A stretch of 64,000 nucleotides of DNA from Takakia lepidozioides (Eukaryota; Plantae; Bryophyta): NCBI GenBank assembly GCA_030704615.1, contig CM060733.1, positions 71,920,001 through 71,984,000 of the forward strand. The letters are read 5' to 3'. Positions 36,501 through 48,960 of this stretch are shown here, piece by piece (position 1 is the first letter of the stretch; each line of letters starts with the position of its first letter). The notes beneath the pieces were generated by a model that was given only the letters and a program-made list of their open reading frames with translations, was not told the origin of the DNA and made no database searches. The translations under genes were made by a program, and so were the position numbers.

Positions 36501-39500
36501 ATGTGGAGGATGGTTCACACCCTATATGCTAACACCAGAAGCTGTATTACGGTTAATGGACAGAAGTCTAACCACAAAAAGTGGTTCAAACAGCTAACCA
36601 CAAAGCTTTGGGAGATCAATCGGTGAATGGGATGCTGCCCATGATGGATTGAACTTCCATTACTCGTCCGGCATGCAAGCCGTATTCACTAAAACATTCC
36701 ACTGCAGAGGATTAGTGCTGAAGTTAAGAGGACCATGCTTTGCAACGTTATTAGGCATGCCTTGGCGTATGCATCTGCTGTGTGGGTCGACAACTCTAAA
36801 CATGCTAAATCTCTAGAATGGTGCTCAAAGAGAGCATGTCAGCATGCTCTGGAACAGCTAATGTGGCCGTTCGGGGACAGTTTGGCATACCTCAGATGGT
36901 GGGGTCAGTTGAATCACATGTCTAATACCAGATAGCCTAAGATAATCGACTCTATTTCTTGGAAGCAAGACCATCCTATTAAACAGGCTAAGTCCTGGCG
37001 GAAAAGGGGGGAAGAGATTTCCAAACTGTCTGAATATTAGCCCAGAAGAATTGATCCTACTAGATGAGGCTGAACTGGAAATTGTAGTGTCTAAAGCCAT
37101 GTCGGATGTCCAAAGACTGTCTGATGGAATGAAGCCAGGCATAAAACTTCCTTGAACTTGTTTCCAGTCTGTGACATGGGTGAGGACCTTAAGGATGATC
37201 TGAAGGGCCTGCCTACCCTTGGCACTAGAATGAAATTTAAGCTTGGGGCGGGGACCTTTGGACAATAAACAGATGCAGAGAGGGAGGTTATCTGGAAAGC
37301 CCGAATTAATTGTTTATACCAAGGTAAGTCCCACTACCAGAGTGAGCCCCTCCCAAAATTAGTGTCTATTCTCTTTTCTTTCGCCCAAACTGGGCTCAGG
37401 GTCTATGGCCACAAGGCTACGGCAAACCATGTCTTATGAGTACATTCTCTCTCATAAACATACAGACTCTTACTCTGATCCCTTGGAAACCGAAGATTCT
37501 CCACTATTTTGCTTAGATAAAGTCTACACATGTTGGGCAGCTCTTACCAGCGCTCATCAAAAACAGTTCTCAAGTGTTTCCAGTGTCCTTCTGACAGCAG
37601 CAAATAATTGCCTTCCACAACAACCACTTTGTGCCTGCATTGCAATAGCCGCAAAGTCACACTCTCGTCTCATAAAGCCATGTGTGAGTGGTGCATTCAC
37701 TCACTTCTATAACTAAAGACTAGAATTTGACCAATGGGTGTGCAGACTTTCTAAATGCGATGGGAAAGTCTACCAAAAGTCCATGTTATACGCAGGGACT
37801 TTCCCTCCAAGATGAAGACAAAATCGTGATAGGGAACGTCCATGTGTTGGCTCAACATAAGACCAGATGCAATGATACAGAGTAGGGACTGAGTCAATCT
37901 GGCCTTCTCCAGTCCAACTGACTGGAGTCCTGACATAGTGACATAACAAAATGTATGAGGTAGTGGCTTGGTAATTGAAAAAATGGCTATGGAGCCCAAC
38001 AAAGGAGGGGTGAGGCAGGCAACCATACAGGGGGGCCACATAGATGTCCTTCTCAACAGGGTCTCCTATTCCATGGTCAAATGAAGGCAGGTATGCCCAC
38101 CCCTGCACATGATGGTATGCAGTTGTATTAGAATGACGTTTGTGGAGACAAGCATACTGCTACAAATGGATATCTGTTCTGGTGGCTCATCAGATACCTT
38201 CAGCCAAAAACCTGTGGAATGACGATTAGCCAAAAACGATAAGGCGTTTCAACTTAGGACTTGCACAAGGAGATGTACTTAATAAGCGGTGCTAAAATTA
38301 GTCAACGTAAAACTAAGAAGCCAATGATCACATTGATGGTCATTCAGTATGAAGTACTAACTTAGCTCTCTGGCCGACATTCAACAATTTTGTCATAGAC
38401 ATCAGATAAAATACTAAAAGCCATGATCGAACCAATTAACCTCCAAAGAGCTCTGAACGAAGCAGATGCAAACATCACCTTCGCACCTGTCTTCGCAACG
38501 TGGTAAGACCCTCCACAAGGGTTGCGGGGTCAAATGTCCATGGAGCTGTTAAACCACCCAACTGGAATATGTGAGGTTTAAATTTTTTAGATAGACCTCA
38601 ACCACAGAGCCTGAGAGGTGTTCAGCAATATTCAATGGATTTCTGAGTCCAATACAGTCCTTGATGATCCTCAGGACATGTTGACTATTTAGCAAATTGC
38701 TTGATACATGATGCGAGTCAACACTAACCTCCTCGTCGAGCATGGGCTTCACTTGGATCCTGCTGAAACAGTAGAAACAAGCATTAGAACACGGTGGACA
38801 CTGACAATTATATATTTCACAAGGTAATCCACTTTCAGTAGGCAGGTAAATATATAGAGTTTGAAGGCGTGTAAACCTCGATTATTCAAGGTTTCTGACA
38901 TGGACAGCGTCAAAGCATTCAGGGGAACTTCACAGTTTACTGCTGGACAGTACCGCCACATGTGTTTATATTTCTCCAAGCACCAAAGACTATCTAGAGG
39001 TTGTTGAAACTAATCCTTAGGTCAGACACAACAACCACCTTAGGTTGCTTATTGAAGGATAGAGTATAAGAGCACCCCATCAATTCACATACTGCAGACA
39101 CGCAATGCAAGCATGTCTGCTGCTGATCATCAACATGAGTCCCTTTCAGATAGTCAGGCCTATGGAACGTTAAATATAAAGAGTGAAGACACAGAAAGCA
39201 GGCCTATTCTGAATGCCACTAACCCTCAGCAACAGAGTACAGCATCACTCAGCTTTTGATTGATGCTTGCCAGACTGATCTTTAGACCCATGTCGTCTAG
39301 ACCACCAAGATCATCTGTACTTCAATGAGGCACATTGTCTTTGTTGCTTAAATGAGGGAGCCATAAAATATATATGCCCATATGTATGAAAACCACAAGA
39401 AGCACACAAGGATATTCAAATCACTACTTTTTCTTACAAGCAAACAGTTTGTTAAGCATTTGAGATTTTCAAGTCAACCAACCTCCATGGCATCAAGCTG

Positions 39501-41168
39501 CCAACGATACAAATGAAACCCATCCATTGGCACTGCTACAGCTATGTCCTGCACATATGCGCCTATCTCAACTGAGAGTTCCTCCCCTTGGTTCTCATGC
39601 CAAAGCTCGTTCAACCGGGTCACAACCTCTTGTGCGACAGTCGACTTCCCTGCCCCTGGAGGACCTGCCAGCCCTACTAAATATCTGTCACAACACAGAT
39701 TCCATTGCCCGTCAGACTGGAGTTCACTTCAGGCACAAAAGCTCTGGAGCTTGTTGACCATATTATGGTCAAGAGAGTTCTTAGTAACAGTGTCTTTCAA
39801 GAATGTAAAAGGTCTTGGAGCATCAGAGAGATGTGTGAATGTGGCTTGGGCATTTCCCCTGCAATTGTCAATGCAGGGACACAACCATAGTGATCAACCT
39901 GTAAGCTTATTCCAAAGCAAATGGTCTTACTTGTGGCTTGGCCTGCAAGATGATGCTGCAGACAGTAGCCGGCGTGCCAGTGCATCATATGTCTCCTCCA
40001 TCGACCTGTATACAGATGTCATGCCTCACCTGTTAGCACAAAGAAAACCGGGATATGATCTCATCTACACAGAGAGCTGGTAGGCGCTTCGCTTACCCGG
40101 ATAAGCCCCCCACTGGCTTAGGATGAGGTTACTGTAACCGCGGAGCATGCAGACTGATGCCACACTTTACTGGACCTTCCATTTTAAGGACCACTGATTG
40201 ATGTTGTGCATAACTTACGTGTGGACATGGATGTCTCTTTAAAGCATTAGTACATCGATTTTCACGAAACAAGCATTTGACTTTACAGGTTCAACATCCC
40301 CGGACACTCTAATGGTGGCTTGCCGCATTCGGTCGTGTTTGTAGCGAGCCGAAAACAAGATCCAGGATTACTGGATTTGGTGTTTCTGGATAGAGTCAGT
40401 TGGTCGAAACCATTGGAGAGCCAGAAGGTCCAACTCAATTGCCTGCAGTTGTTTGAAAATAGGCTGAGAGTGGCAACTCTTGGGTGGATAGTTCATAGAC
40501 CATTACCTGGATTGCAACACATGGGGCTCATCTTGCAAGCTGCCATGCCACTGTATCTGCCCAGACCCATAAGCAATGCATGAGAAGCAGGAACAACATT
40601 GGTCTACCTCAAAACCCATGATTTGTCCTCTTCGGAGTGTCAATTGCCCAAAGCCTCCCTGGAAAGAAGGCAAGAAGAGAAGCAGAGGGACAGAGAGAGA
40701 TTATGTACTCATTGATGGATTGATGGATGTACTGTCAAGACTTAGTCCCACCTTGACAGCTCTCCATAACAATGATTGGGCCACTGCACTCTCTCTGTTC
40801 TTTCCTTTCCTCTCCATGTTGTCTACGGCATGCATGGGTCTATCAAGTACTTCTATCTCTTGTCTCTATCTACTTTGTGGCTGGAAGTATGCTTCCCAAT
40901 ATGATCTCAATGCTAGCCAAAAATATGCACGAGCGCTGCAGTGATGCTGAGCATACTTCGGTGGGTGTAACTCCACAACTCGCTCTGGAAAGGTTAGGCT
41001 TCAACCCGAAGACCCAGCAAACATGCAACCTTGAACCTCAGCAGAAGACATGACATGAATTCCTGACCTGACAGAACTGAGATTGCTTTCTCCAGGTACA
41101 GCAGTACTGTTGACACAGCTTAATTCCTGTAGTGTTGACCCCCTCTGAAACCCAATGCCTTCCAGGAC
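24558..41168 (-). CDS. P-loop nucleoside/pantothenate kinase-like protein (putative uridine kinase, YFH7-like); spliced, 5' end unresolved
   Basis: Minus-strand exons join in frame: ~41168-41068 (tentative), ~40550-40507, 40005-39931, 39684-39483, 38759-38729, 38545-38487, 38102-38029, 37634-37548, 25239-25178, 24881-24853, 24647-24558. Translation: GLAGPPGAGKST, PMDGFHLYRWQLDAMEDPSEAHARRGAPWTFD, PSFDHGIGDPVEKDI, VVEGNYLLL, FDERWFLEVDIDEAMMRVERRH, YNDRPNAELI...stop. Start codon not identified; probably further upstream (41.5-42.4 kb). Confidence 0.9.
25441..26776 (+). mobile_element. Two 5'-truncated RTE/RTEX-like LINE copies (25441-25551 and 25552-26776)
   Basis: ORF 25468-26751 has RT thumb 'YTYLGVEF' and a C-terminal CCHC '[18 protein letters not shown]'. 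Each copy ends TTATGAGTACAA(TC)n. Confidence 0.9.
26777..28540 (+). mobile_element. 5'-truncated RTE/RTEX-like LINE copy
   Basis: RT motifs 'FLDVKKAYDTVWRDGLW', 'GVAQ', 'MFADD', then the same C-terminus and 3' tail. Confidence 0.9.
29460..30538 (+). mobile_element. RTE/RTEX-like LINE 3' fragments
   Basis: Same family sequence. Starts after a CT-rich tract (29428-29462) and ends TTATGAGTACATTTTCTCTCTC. Confidence 0.85.
30539..34972 (+). mobile_element. Near full-length, decayed RTE/RTEX-like LINE (5' leader, APE, RT, CCHC) plus trailing 3' fragments
   Basis: APE start 'LRLGTFNFCGL...GQETWE' (~31460-31580). RT 'KAGGLDGIVSELIKY...LYKKGDREEPGNYHGITLLS...QAGF...LDVKKAYD...GVAQGCTLSPLLFNVFI...MFADD'. 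3' tails at ~34510-34530 and ~34950-34972. Confidence 0.9.
34973..37452 (+). mobile_element. Second 5'-complete but internally deleted RTE/RTEX-like LINE copy
   Basis: 34975-35600 is homologous to 30539-31230 (5' leader). APE 'LLGEFNA' near 35790, RT remnants, 3' tail TTATGAGTACATTCTCTCTC at 37434-37453. Confidence 0.85.
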
Positions 41169-43070
41169 CTGCTGGAACAGCACTGATTATCTCTCTGGGG
41201 TGAAGCAGCCCAACAGAATGCTTTCCATGTTATCTTGTGTTAGAATTATTCAGCTTCCGGCAAGAAGCCTTCTGAGTGCATTTGATAATTGCCTGGGCCC
41301 ATGCCACACAAGATAGCCCAGATAGCTACTCATGTGGTACAATATACAACATATGTGCAAATTTGCATGTAACACCAAATTTCAATGACAAAACCCGTTC
41401 TAACCATGGTTTTAAGTCATGCTTACCAGTTGAAGGGAGTGTCATCTGAAACTTTCTGCCAGTTAAATACAAAGCATTAATGCATGCTTGTTGTGGAGCT
41501 TTAGGTCCACCATGTGACCAGGACTGCTCCAGCCTGCCCATTCAATCTCAAGAAGGTTTGGTTATGTCACTGCAGACCATTCCAGGAGGTTCAAAACTTT
41601 TCATTTCTTGAGCAATGGACCAGAAATTTGACTAATCACTGCAGACCAAATAAGAGGCCGAAAGTCAGTCCCATAAGTGAGACGAGAAAGAATCCCAATC
41701 GTTAGCAGTAGGTCAAATTTCCTCAAAAAATTAGAGAAAGCTCCGTGCACATGGGCATGGCTCTGCAATAGACAAGGGGTTATGGCTGGCCGAAATTTCG
41801 TCAGATTTCTGGGCGACGTGGGTGTAACTAATATGCTTTTCTTCCACCCAATCATCTGTATTGAAGCATTGAGCAGCTCACATTCACTCGCTAACAGCTA
41901 CTGAGATATGACGTTGAGTCACGATTTCCATGGAGAGATTAGTCTCGATACTGAAATGGATCCATCATTCAATCAACTCATCGACTTCTTTTAATTTGTG
42001 ATTCGAGTGGTCGTCAAGGGATTAATTACTGAGCTGCTGAATTTCCATCAAGTATGCAAGCCTGGCCAAACGCTGAGGGAGAAGGCCTCGCTACATTATT
42101 CAGTAGATTTCGGTGACATTCTTTCCTCCCGTAATGAACCTCCTCTCCGTGTGGAACAGGAAAATATGGAGGTTTGGTTTATAAAACAATAAACAAATGG
42201 GAGCCGGCCTGAACATCGCCTGCCCCAAAATGGGCTCCACGAATATTTTCATCAACTCAACCCACCACTGAGTGCGGTTTCTTGACAGCATCAGCATAGA
42301 TTCTATGAAATACAGATACAACCGATATCCGTTCACATTCGCAGTTGCAGGAAGAAACAACCGTCACATTTCTGTTCGCACGTTTGCCAACAAATCCCTT
42401 TCGCCCAGCTCTGTCAATTCAAACATGTCAAAAATTATGGAAAGCAACAGAATATTGAAAGCACAGGCACATGAATATGAATCACCTGGCGAGCATAGAG
42501 GCAGAGTGGAGGCAAGCCATGGCCGTGGTGTGACCGTTGAGACCAGTGTTCGGCAGGTAGATAAGTCAGATCCTAATATCTATGTTGATTTGATGGCTTC
42601 ACCCGCGAAGTACAGCTGGGCATCCTCGTCGAGGGGGAGCGTATAGTGTCCCACTTGCACCTATGCCAGGAACAGCCAATCTGCACCACATGTCAAGAAT
42701 ATGAAGAAATATTTTCGAATGGGACGTTTGCTGAGGCCAGTGGCCCATTTGCACCTCAATTATTTCATTACTTCATTTTGCCTATGTGCCATAACTGGCA
42801 TGCCACTATGTGCCATGTGAGTCGTGCTTATCCCACACAGGCGCAATGCCATACCTAAGGTGGATGTATCTATGTACCATCACATATTGTGCCCTAACAT
42901 CACAATGTCAAATATGTCATAGTATGGCATATGTTATGAGTGTACATACCAGTGTTGGTCTGGTATCAATTTTAGGACATACCAGACTGGTCCTGTACCA
43001 GACCCATCACAAAACTTTCATACCAGTCTCGTCTATATAATGGTAAATGTATTTTTTTCCAGATATTGGT

Positions 43071-45791
43071 ATGAGTGTGAGTATCATGACCACAATACCA
43101 ACTGGTATGAGATATCAATTAGAGAGGGAGGAGGAAGTTACTTCAGTATCACAACCATCACAGCCAGCTGATCGGCTTGTCACAAGGTTACAAGTTGTCC
43201 ATGCAGCTCAACCAGAAATAATTGATTTGGAAAAAGAAGGGTTAGATATTCCAACTACAGAACAGATAGTGGCAGAAATTGAGAAGGGGGACCTTCTCTA
43301 TGAATATTCTGGTCTGGTCAAGGAGACAGAGATTCCAGAGGTGCAACAGTTGCCCAAGGGAAATCCTGAGGTGCATATAATACACACACCTGTGTCGGAG
43401 GTACCACAAGTAGAATGTCAAGACACTGCAGCACCGGTGATGGATGAAGTAGTTCAGGAAGAAAATCCGGTGGGGCAATGGCCTGAGTGGTTCGTGAGAC
43501 ATCACAGGGTTGAGGATCAGGAGGAATAGCAGCAACCTCACTATGATGACCCTCAACAGGCAATGCTGATGAGTTCCATAGGCAGGACACTTAATTTGTT
43601 GGGGACTTATGTCAAATCTCATGTTCCAACTACCCAATTGACAGCCTTGAGAGAGGAACTCAGGAAGGAGTTTGAGGCTCGACTAGCCATTGAGTGTGCA
43701 AACAAGGTCGATGAGGAGGTCACTCTCAAGATGCAAAATACAGAAGCGGCTTTGCAATTGGCCAAGGAACAATTGATTGAGGCAGGCCTCGCGCAAGACC
43801 AGTCGCACGAAGCACATAAGCAACAGCTATACCAAATGCAGGTGCAGCATGAAAACAAGTTGCAAGAAGTGAATGCACTACATACGGAGTTGCAGACAGT
43901 GCATGACAGGATGGCGATACAATGTGCTACATTCACAACTATGCTTGACAAATCTACAAAAGAAATAAACAGTCAAGCGGAAAAATGTACGAAGGCAGAA
44001 CAAGAGAATGTTGAGCAAATGAAACTCATTGTCGATATGAAGAATACAATCTGTCGCAATGAGGATACTTTCAAGCAATACAGGCAGGTTGAAGCTGACC
44101 AAGAGAAGTACATCCTGGAGTTGCAACAAACGCTCGTGGCCAATAGAAATGAAATCTCGGTCACTAACAAGGCTTGGAGGGAAACTAATAATCTACTTGC
44201 TGCCTATGCGAATTTGGTTGAACCTCATGCGAAGCGCATGGAGGCTTTACAACAGCAGTTAGAAGTGTACAAACTCAGAGAGGAGCACACTCTCAGAGGA
44301 ACCACAAGCAACTTGGTGGATAACAGCCTTATGCAGGTCTGGTTAGCACAAGGGCCAGTGGAGGGCAAAGCACCACGAAAGCTCACCCAAAGCGAAATGA
44401 ATGAGCTCAGACTGCAAGTGCAGAACATTGCCACAATTACTATAGACAATGTCTATAGTAGGATAGCAGAGTTACAGGAGGATGTAGACGGACTGCAGAC
44501 TCAAGTGGAGGACCTCACTTCAAATATCGACAAAAGAGTCTATATCCCTCAGGAACAGCTAATGGCTTCTTATTTACAAGCCAGAACTTTGGCTTTTCAG
44601 TCTTCACAGGAGGTGCATGAGATGCCAATGATACAAGAGCCAGTACCACCAACACCACAACAAGTCACTGTACCAGTAGCTGAACCTGTTGTTACTACAA
44701 CCACACCACAACCACCACAGCCTGAGGTATGGGGCAATGCTGCTTTTAACCCACCTAAAACTCCAGCTGCAAGGGAGTACAGTAGGGCTATGATTATGCC
44801 CTTCAACCAAATTCCCATCATGTTGGATTTGGCTTGGAAAGAATTTAGTCTTCCGCAGTCATTCGCACATTACTACCAAATCATGCGTGTTTGGCTGCCA
44901 GTGGCAACTAGGACTAAAGTTCTTCCGAACAATCGACATATTGAGGATCATCACTTTGCACAATACTGGCATGAGGCAAGTACAATGTTGAAGGAATTAA
45001 TTGTCTTCCAAGTTGTACATGGATTCATTTATACCAAGACCAAGGAGGTAGCAAGTATTGTCATGGGATGCGGGTTATACTACGCTGCTTGTTTTCTGGT
45101 ACGTTATCACATTGAGCAGCACAAGATGCAAGCGCGCTTTCTGAGTTATTCCAGTGGGGATCATTGGGTTTTACCTTCAGTGCCACCTCATATGTACCTA
45201 TATGAGGCAAAAGTTATGATGCAAAAGGATTCTCAAATTTGTTCATGGTTTCAAGCGGCCTGGAACAATTTGTCAACACAGAAATTCGGCATTGATGATA
45301 TTTTCTATAAGGGACATGTGGCATGGAAATACTTGCACGGTGCACAAGTAATTGGTACCCCACTCACCTGGACAGACAAGGAACTCAGTGTCTTCACCAA
45401 TTTTGCTGTTCAGCGTTTACAGCAAGTTGTAAAATATAAACTTCCAGACATGGTAGGACAACATTGTATGCCCCAGAGGATTCCACAAAAAGTTCGACAA
45501 TTAAAACACCTGAGAGGCGATGAGGATTCTGATACAACTGTTTCTTCAGCGGATTCTTTTGACATGGGAGAAGACTATGCATTACAGATGGCAGAGAAGA
45601 AGCGACGGGGGTCTCCTATGCCTGAAAGGTTACCTCGGTATCAGCCTCCAGAGGGCCTCACTTATCCGGGTACTGTTCAAATATCTCCGTCAACCAGTGA
45701 CAGACCTCGGGCTCGTACACACAGTCCGCCACGAAACTCTCAACGTCCGAAAGGTGCTCACTCACAAAGGTTTGCTAATCGCAATCAGTAA
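43071..45791 (+). pseudogene. Large (~900 codon) coiled-coil extra ORF in the 3' region of an LTR retrotransposon; one in-frame TAG
   Basis: ORFs 43047-43529 and 43563-45791 share a frame and are separated by a single TAG (43527-43529). Intronless. Ends ~20 bp before a PPT and LTR. 'HVKNMKKYF' at ~42690 resembles a Gypsy integrase C-terminus. Confidence 0.7.
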
Positions 45792-45829
45792 ACCGTGAGG
45801 ACACGGCTTTTTGAGAGGGGAAGGGGTAA

Positions 45830-46839
45830 TGTTAGAGGACTGTCTGGGACTTAGACACTTATACGGGATCTGTAGGGTACCCTTAATTTTTGCACAGACT
45901 GAGATCAACATGAGCCTTAGGGGTGACAGCAGCACACTGTAAAAGGGGGTTACACAGTCCATCACAGCCAACACAGCCCGTCACAGTCGTCACAGCCGAC
46001 ACAGCCAACACAGCCCGTCACAATCGTCACAGCCGACACAGCCATCACAGCCAACACAGCCCGTCACAGCCGACACAGCCACACAGCCAGTCACAGCCCG
46101 ACACAGCCAAACACAGTCGCACAGCCAGTCACAGCCCGTCACAGTTTCACACAGCCAGTCACAGCTTGACACAGCTGTCACGACCATAGGGAACGGAGAG
46201 CAGGACAGGGAACGACTGTGGGGAACAACACCTGCAAATGGAACATGTTAGTTCACGAACGACGGTTAGTGAGGGAAACGGTTAGAGCCACGGGTAGGAA
46301 GATAAAGGGGGAAGCAAGGACTGAGAAAGGGGGTTATTCTTGGAAGCACGTCAGGGGGAGGACTTCTTGGTCAGGGAAGAGAGGGGATCGGGCGGAGAGC
46401 AAGATTGGAAGCAAGCATGGAGAGCACGGTGAAGGAGGAGAGATGATTAGCAGATGCTTGTTATATGCAAAGCTGTAGTGATATTGTAAAGCAGATTAGA
46501 GACACAATGGCTTCGGCCTGATACCTGATAAATCATAATCTGATACTTATACGATACAATCACACTGTGTAGAGAGATCTGAGTGAAGCTGTGGAGTGAA
46601 TGGATGAGTTGAAGGAATCCGATAGATTGATGAAGCAAACTGATACTTAATTATCAATGGTAAGGTAGCTAACATGAATGTGGAAAGGGAAACAAATAGG
46701 AAACACCCCCATGATACACTAGTTGTAGGTCATGACTGATTGTTCTGAGCGGGCTGAGTACTTAGAGATTTCCAACTCTTCTATCTAGGAGTTTCCGCCT
46801 CGGATAGCGAAGGGATGGGTGAGTAAAAGCCGCGCGACA
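45830..46839 (+). mobile_element. 3' LTR (~1.0 kb) of a probable Ty3/Gypsy element
   Basis: PPT GAGAGGGGAAGGGG (45813-45826), then TGTTA...CGACA. A homologous inverted copy at 48457 starts at the same terminus. Confidence 0.8.
45950..46182. repeat. Degenerate 9-10 bp tandem repeat (core CACAGCC) inside the LTR
   Basis: About 20 CACAG(C/T) units such as TCACAGCC and ACACAGCC. Confidence 0.9.
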
Positions 46840-48456
46840 ACCACCACCACCCACTTCTCTAACTTCCTCCTGACGTTACTCCATTGGTGGCCATTGAACC
46901 CGAACAACTTTGATCTTTGGAGGGGGGGGGGTTGGGTATGGGTTTTCTCGGGGGTTGGGGTGCGCCTCGTGCTTGCAAGAATTGCATGCATTCTAATCTA
47001 TAGGTCGACCCCCCAAATCCACATGTCCATCAAGGTTAGAATGAGGATTGGAATCGCAACTGAAAAATTATATACATAAAGCGAGTACTACATGTACATG
47101 TCTCTAACTAGGAACCATCCCTCACTCCTCATCACCTGAGTCATAGGTGTAATTGTCTCAGGAATGCAAGCTACGCTGGGCCTCCAATTTGGAGGATGAT
47201 GAGGCTGAGTCCGAGATTACATCATCCTTCGAACCACCCCCAGCTACTACTAGCTCTCCCCATCCGGCCGGGGCACCCCTACAGATGCACTATCCTCCAT
47301 CAATTGTGGCACCTTGGCCATTGAGGCTACAAGGGCCTTCCACCCCTGAGTCTTGCAAAAGTTGTGCTCGATGGAAGAGGGAGGCCCATGAAACTTCTTT
47401 TTCTGCACATGACATACAAATGCAATGACAGGTCAGAATTCATGATGGAAGGGAGAAGCTAAAAAAGAAGAATGGGTATGACAAGAGAAAGAACACTTAC
47501 AAATGGGTGACAAAACTCTTGCTTCCGCCGGGGCCCCACTTGTGTGTTGATTCCACACACTTCTCGAGGCGGGCTGCTGTTGCCACACGGCCCCTTGCGA
47601 AGACCTCCGCCTTCAGCTCTTCCCTCTCCCATGCAATGAGAGCCTCCCAAGATTCCTGTCCAGCCCAAGAAAGACGCTATAAATGTTAATGAACTCCATA
47701 CCGCAATGAAGATGCATTAAAAGACGCCAATGACAAAGTGAAGTGCGTCTCCACTAGTGCCCTCCCCCGGCTGCACCTCTCTCCTTCTACGCCTCTTTCT
47801 CTTACACTCCCTCTCCCGGGCCTGTCCTTTCCCCTTCCCCTCGACTACTTCCCTCCCCCCCTCCAGTACTTCCCTACCGTCCTTGATGATTAGTGGAACC
47901 TTGGGGACACGAGGTCTTTTCCTCTTCCTCTTACCATCCCCATGGGCATGCACCACCGTGTTGTCCCTGCTTTGTCGGTGGCAGGCCCACTGCCTGCCAC
48001 AATCTGAGCCACGAATGCGCCAAGCTCCTGAACACAAAACCTACAAAATTAGAAACAAACCAGAAACAAAATGAAAAGCAAAGGAAAGAAAACAAGGTGA
48101 AGGAAAATGGCTCACCTTTGCGTCCATGAGCTCAATGTTGCCCTCGGTCCCCGCTTGTGGTGCAGCCCCCATAAGGCCCTCTCGGAATAAGGGTGGAAGC
48201 CTGTCCCATGCACTCAATAGACTCGCAGGCGGCGCCCCAAAGTCCAGGATCTTCTTCATTGACCGTTCAGGTGACGGACTTTGCAAGGGGCCCTCCAAAG
48301 CCAGTGTCACCCTCTCCTCTTCCCCCTCTCTTTCCCGTGCCCCCCTATTTCCCTCTTCTCTCTTCTTGTCTTCCTCCCTCTTCCTTTCCTCCTCCTTCCA
48401 CCTCATTGCGGCCTCCTTTGAAGCCTCCCTCTTCTCCCAAGGTGAGGAAGGACCCC

Positions 48457-48960
48457 TGTCGAGCGGCTTTTACTCACCCATCCCTTAGCTATCCGAGGTG
48501 GAAACTCCAAGATAGAAAAGTTGGAAATCTCTAAGCACTCAGCCCGCTCAGAACAATCAGTCATGACCTACATCTAGTGTATCATGGGGTGCTTTCATAT
48601 ATCTATTCTTTCCTGCATTCATGTTCAGTAAGTTACCTTACTATCTAGGTTTAAGTATTAGATTGCTTTTGCAATCTACCATGTTCCAACTACTCAAGCA
48701 TTCATTCCACAGCTTCACTCATATCTCTCTCACGGTGTGAATATGAAATAGGAATCGTATTAATATCTATCATGTATCAGGCCGAAGCCATGGTGTCTCT
48801 AATCTGCTCTACATTGCATCTCTACAGCTTGCATGAATCAAGCATCATCTCATCGTATCTCCTCCTCTGTGTAATCTCCATCCCTATGCTCTAAGATCGT
48901 GCTCTCCGCCTGATCTCCTCAAGTGATGACCAAGAAGTGCTCCAAGAAGTGACCCCCTCC
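48457..48960 (-). mobile_element. Truncated LTR of the same family as 45830-46839, inverted
   Basis: Reverse complement aligns with ~46330-46839 (e.g. GCTTTTACTCACCCATCCCT, CTCAGCCCGCTCAGAACAATCAGTCATGACCTACA, TCAGGCCGAAGCCAT). Confidence 0.9.

Noticed and set aside
40097-40131. Extra exon of the kinase gene (good AG and GTAAGC sites)
   Set aside because: Begins with an in-frame TAA in the required phase. The exon ending at 40507 joins the next exon correctly without it.
43527-43529. Programmed stop-codon readthrough (also 51231 and 58614)
   Set aside because: Single TAG/TAA/TGA stops are more simply C-to-T decay of CAG/CAA/CGA in methylated TE DNA. Readthrough cannot be supported from one copy.
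45923-46189. Ser/His/Cys-rich ORFs
   Set aside because: Artefacts of the CACAGCC tandem repeat.
46330-48960. DNA transposon with long TIRs
   Set aside because: The arms are LTR ends facing inward, one preceded by a PPT, and there is no shared TSD.
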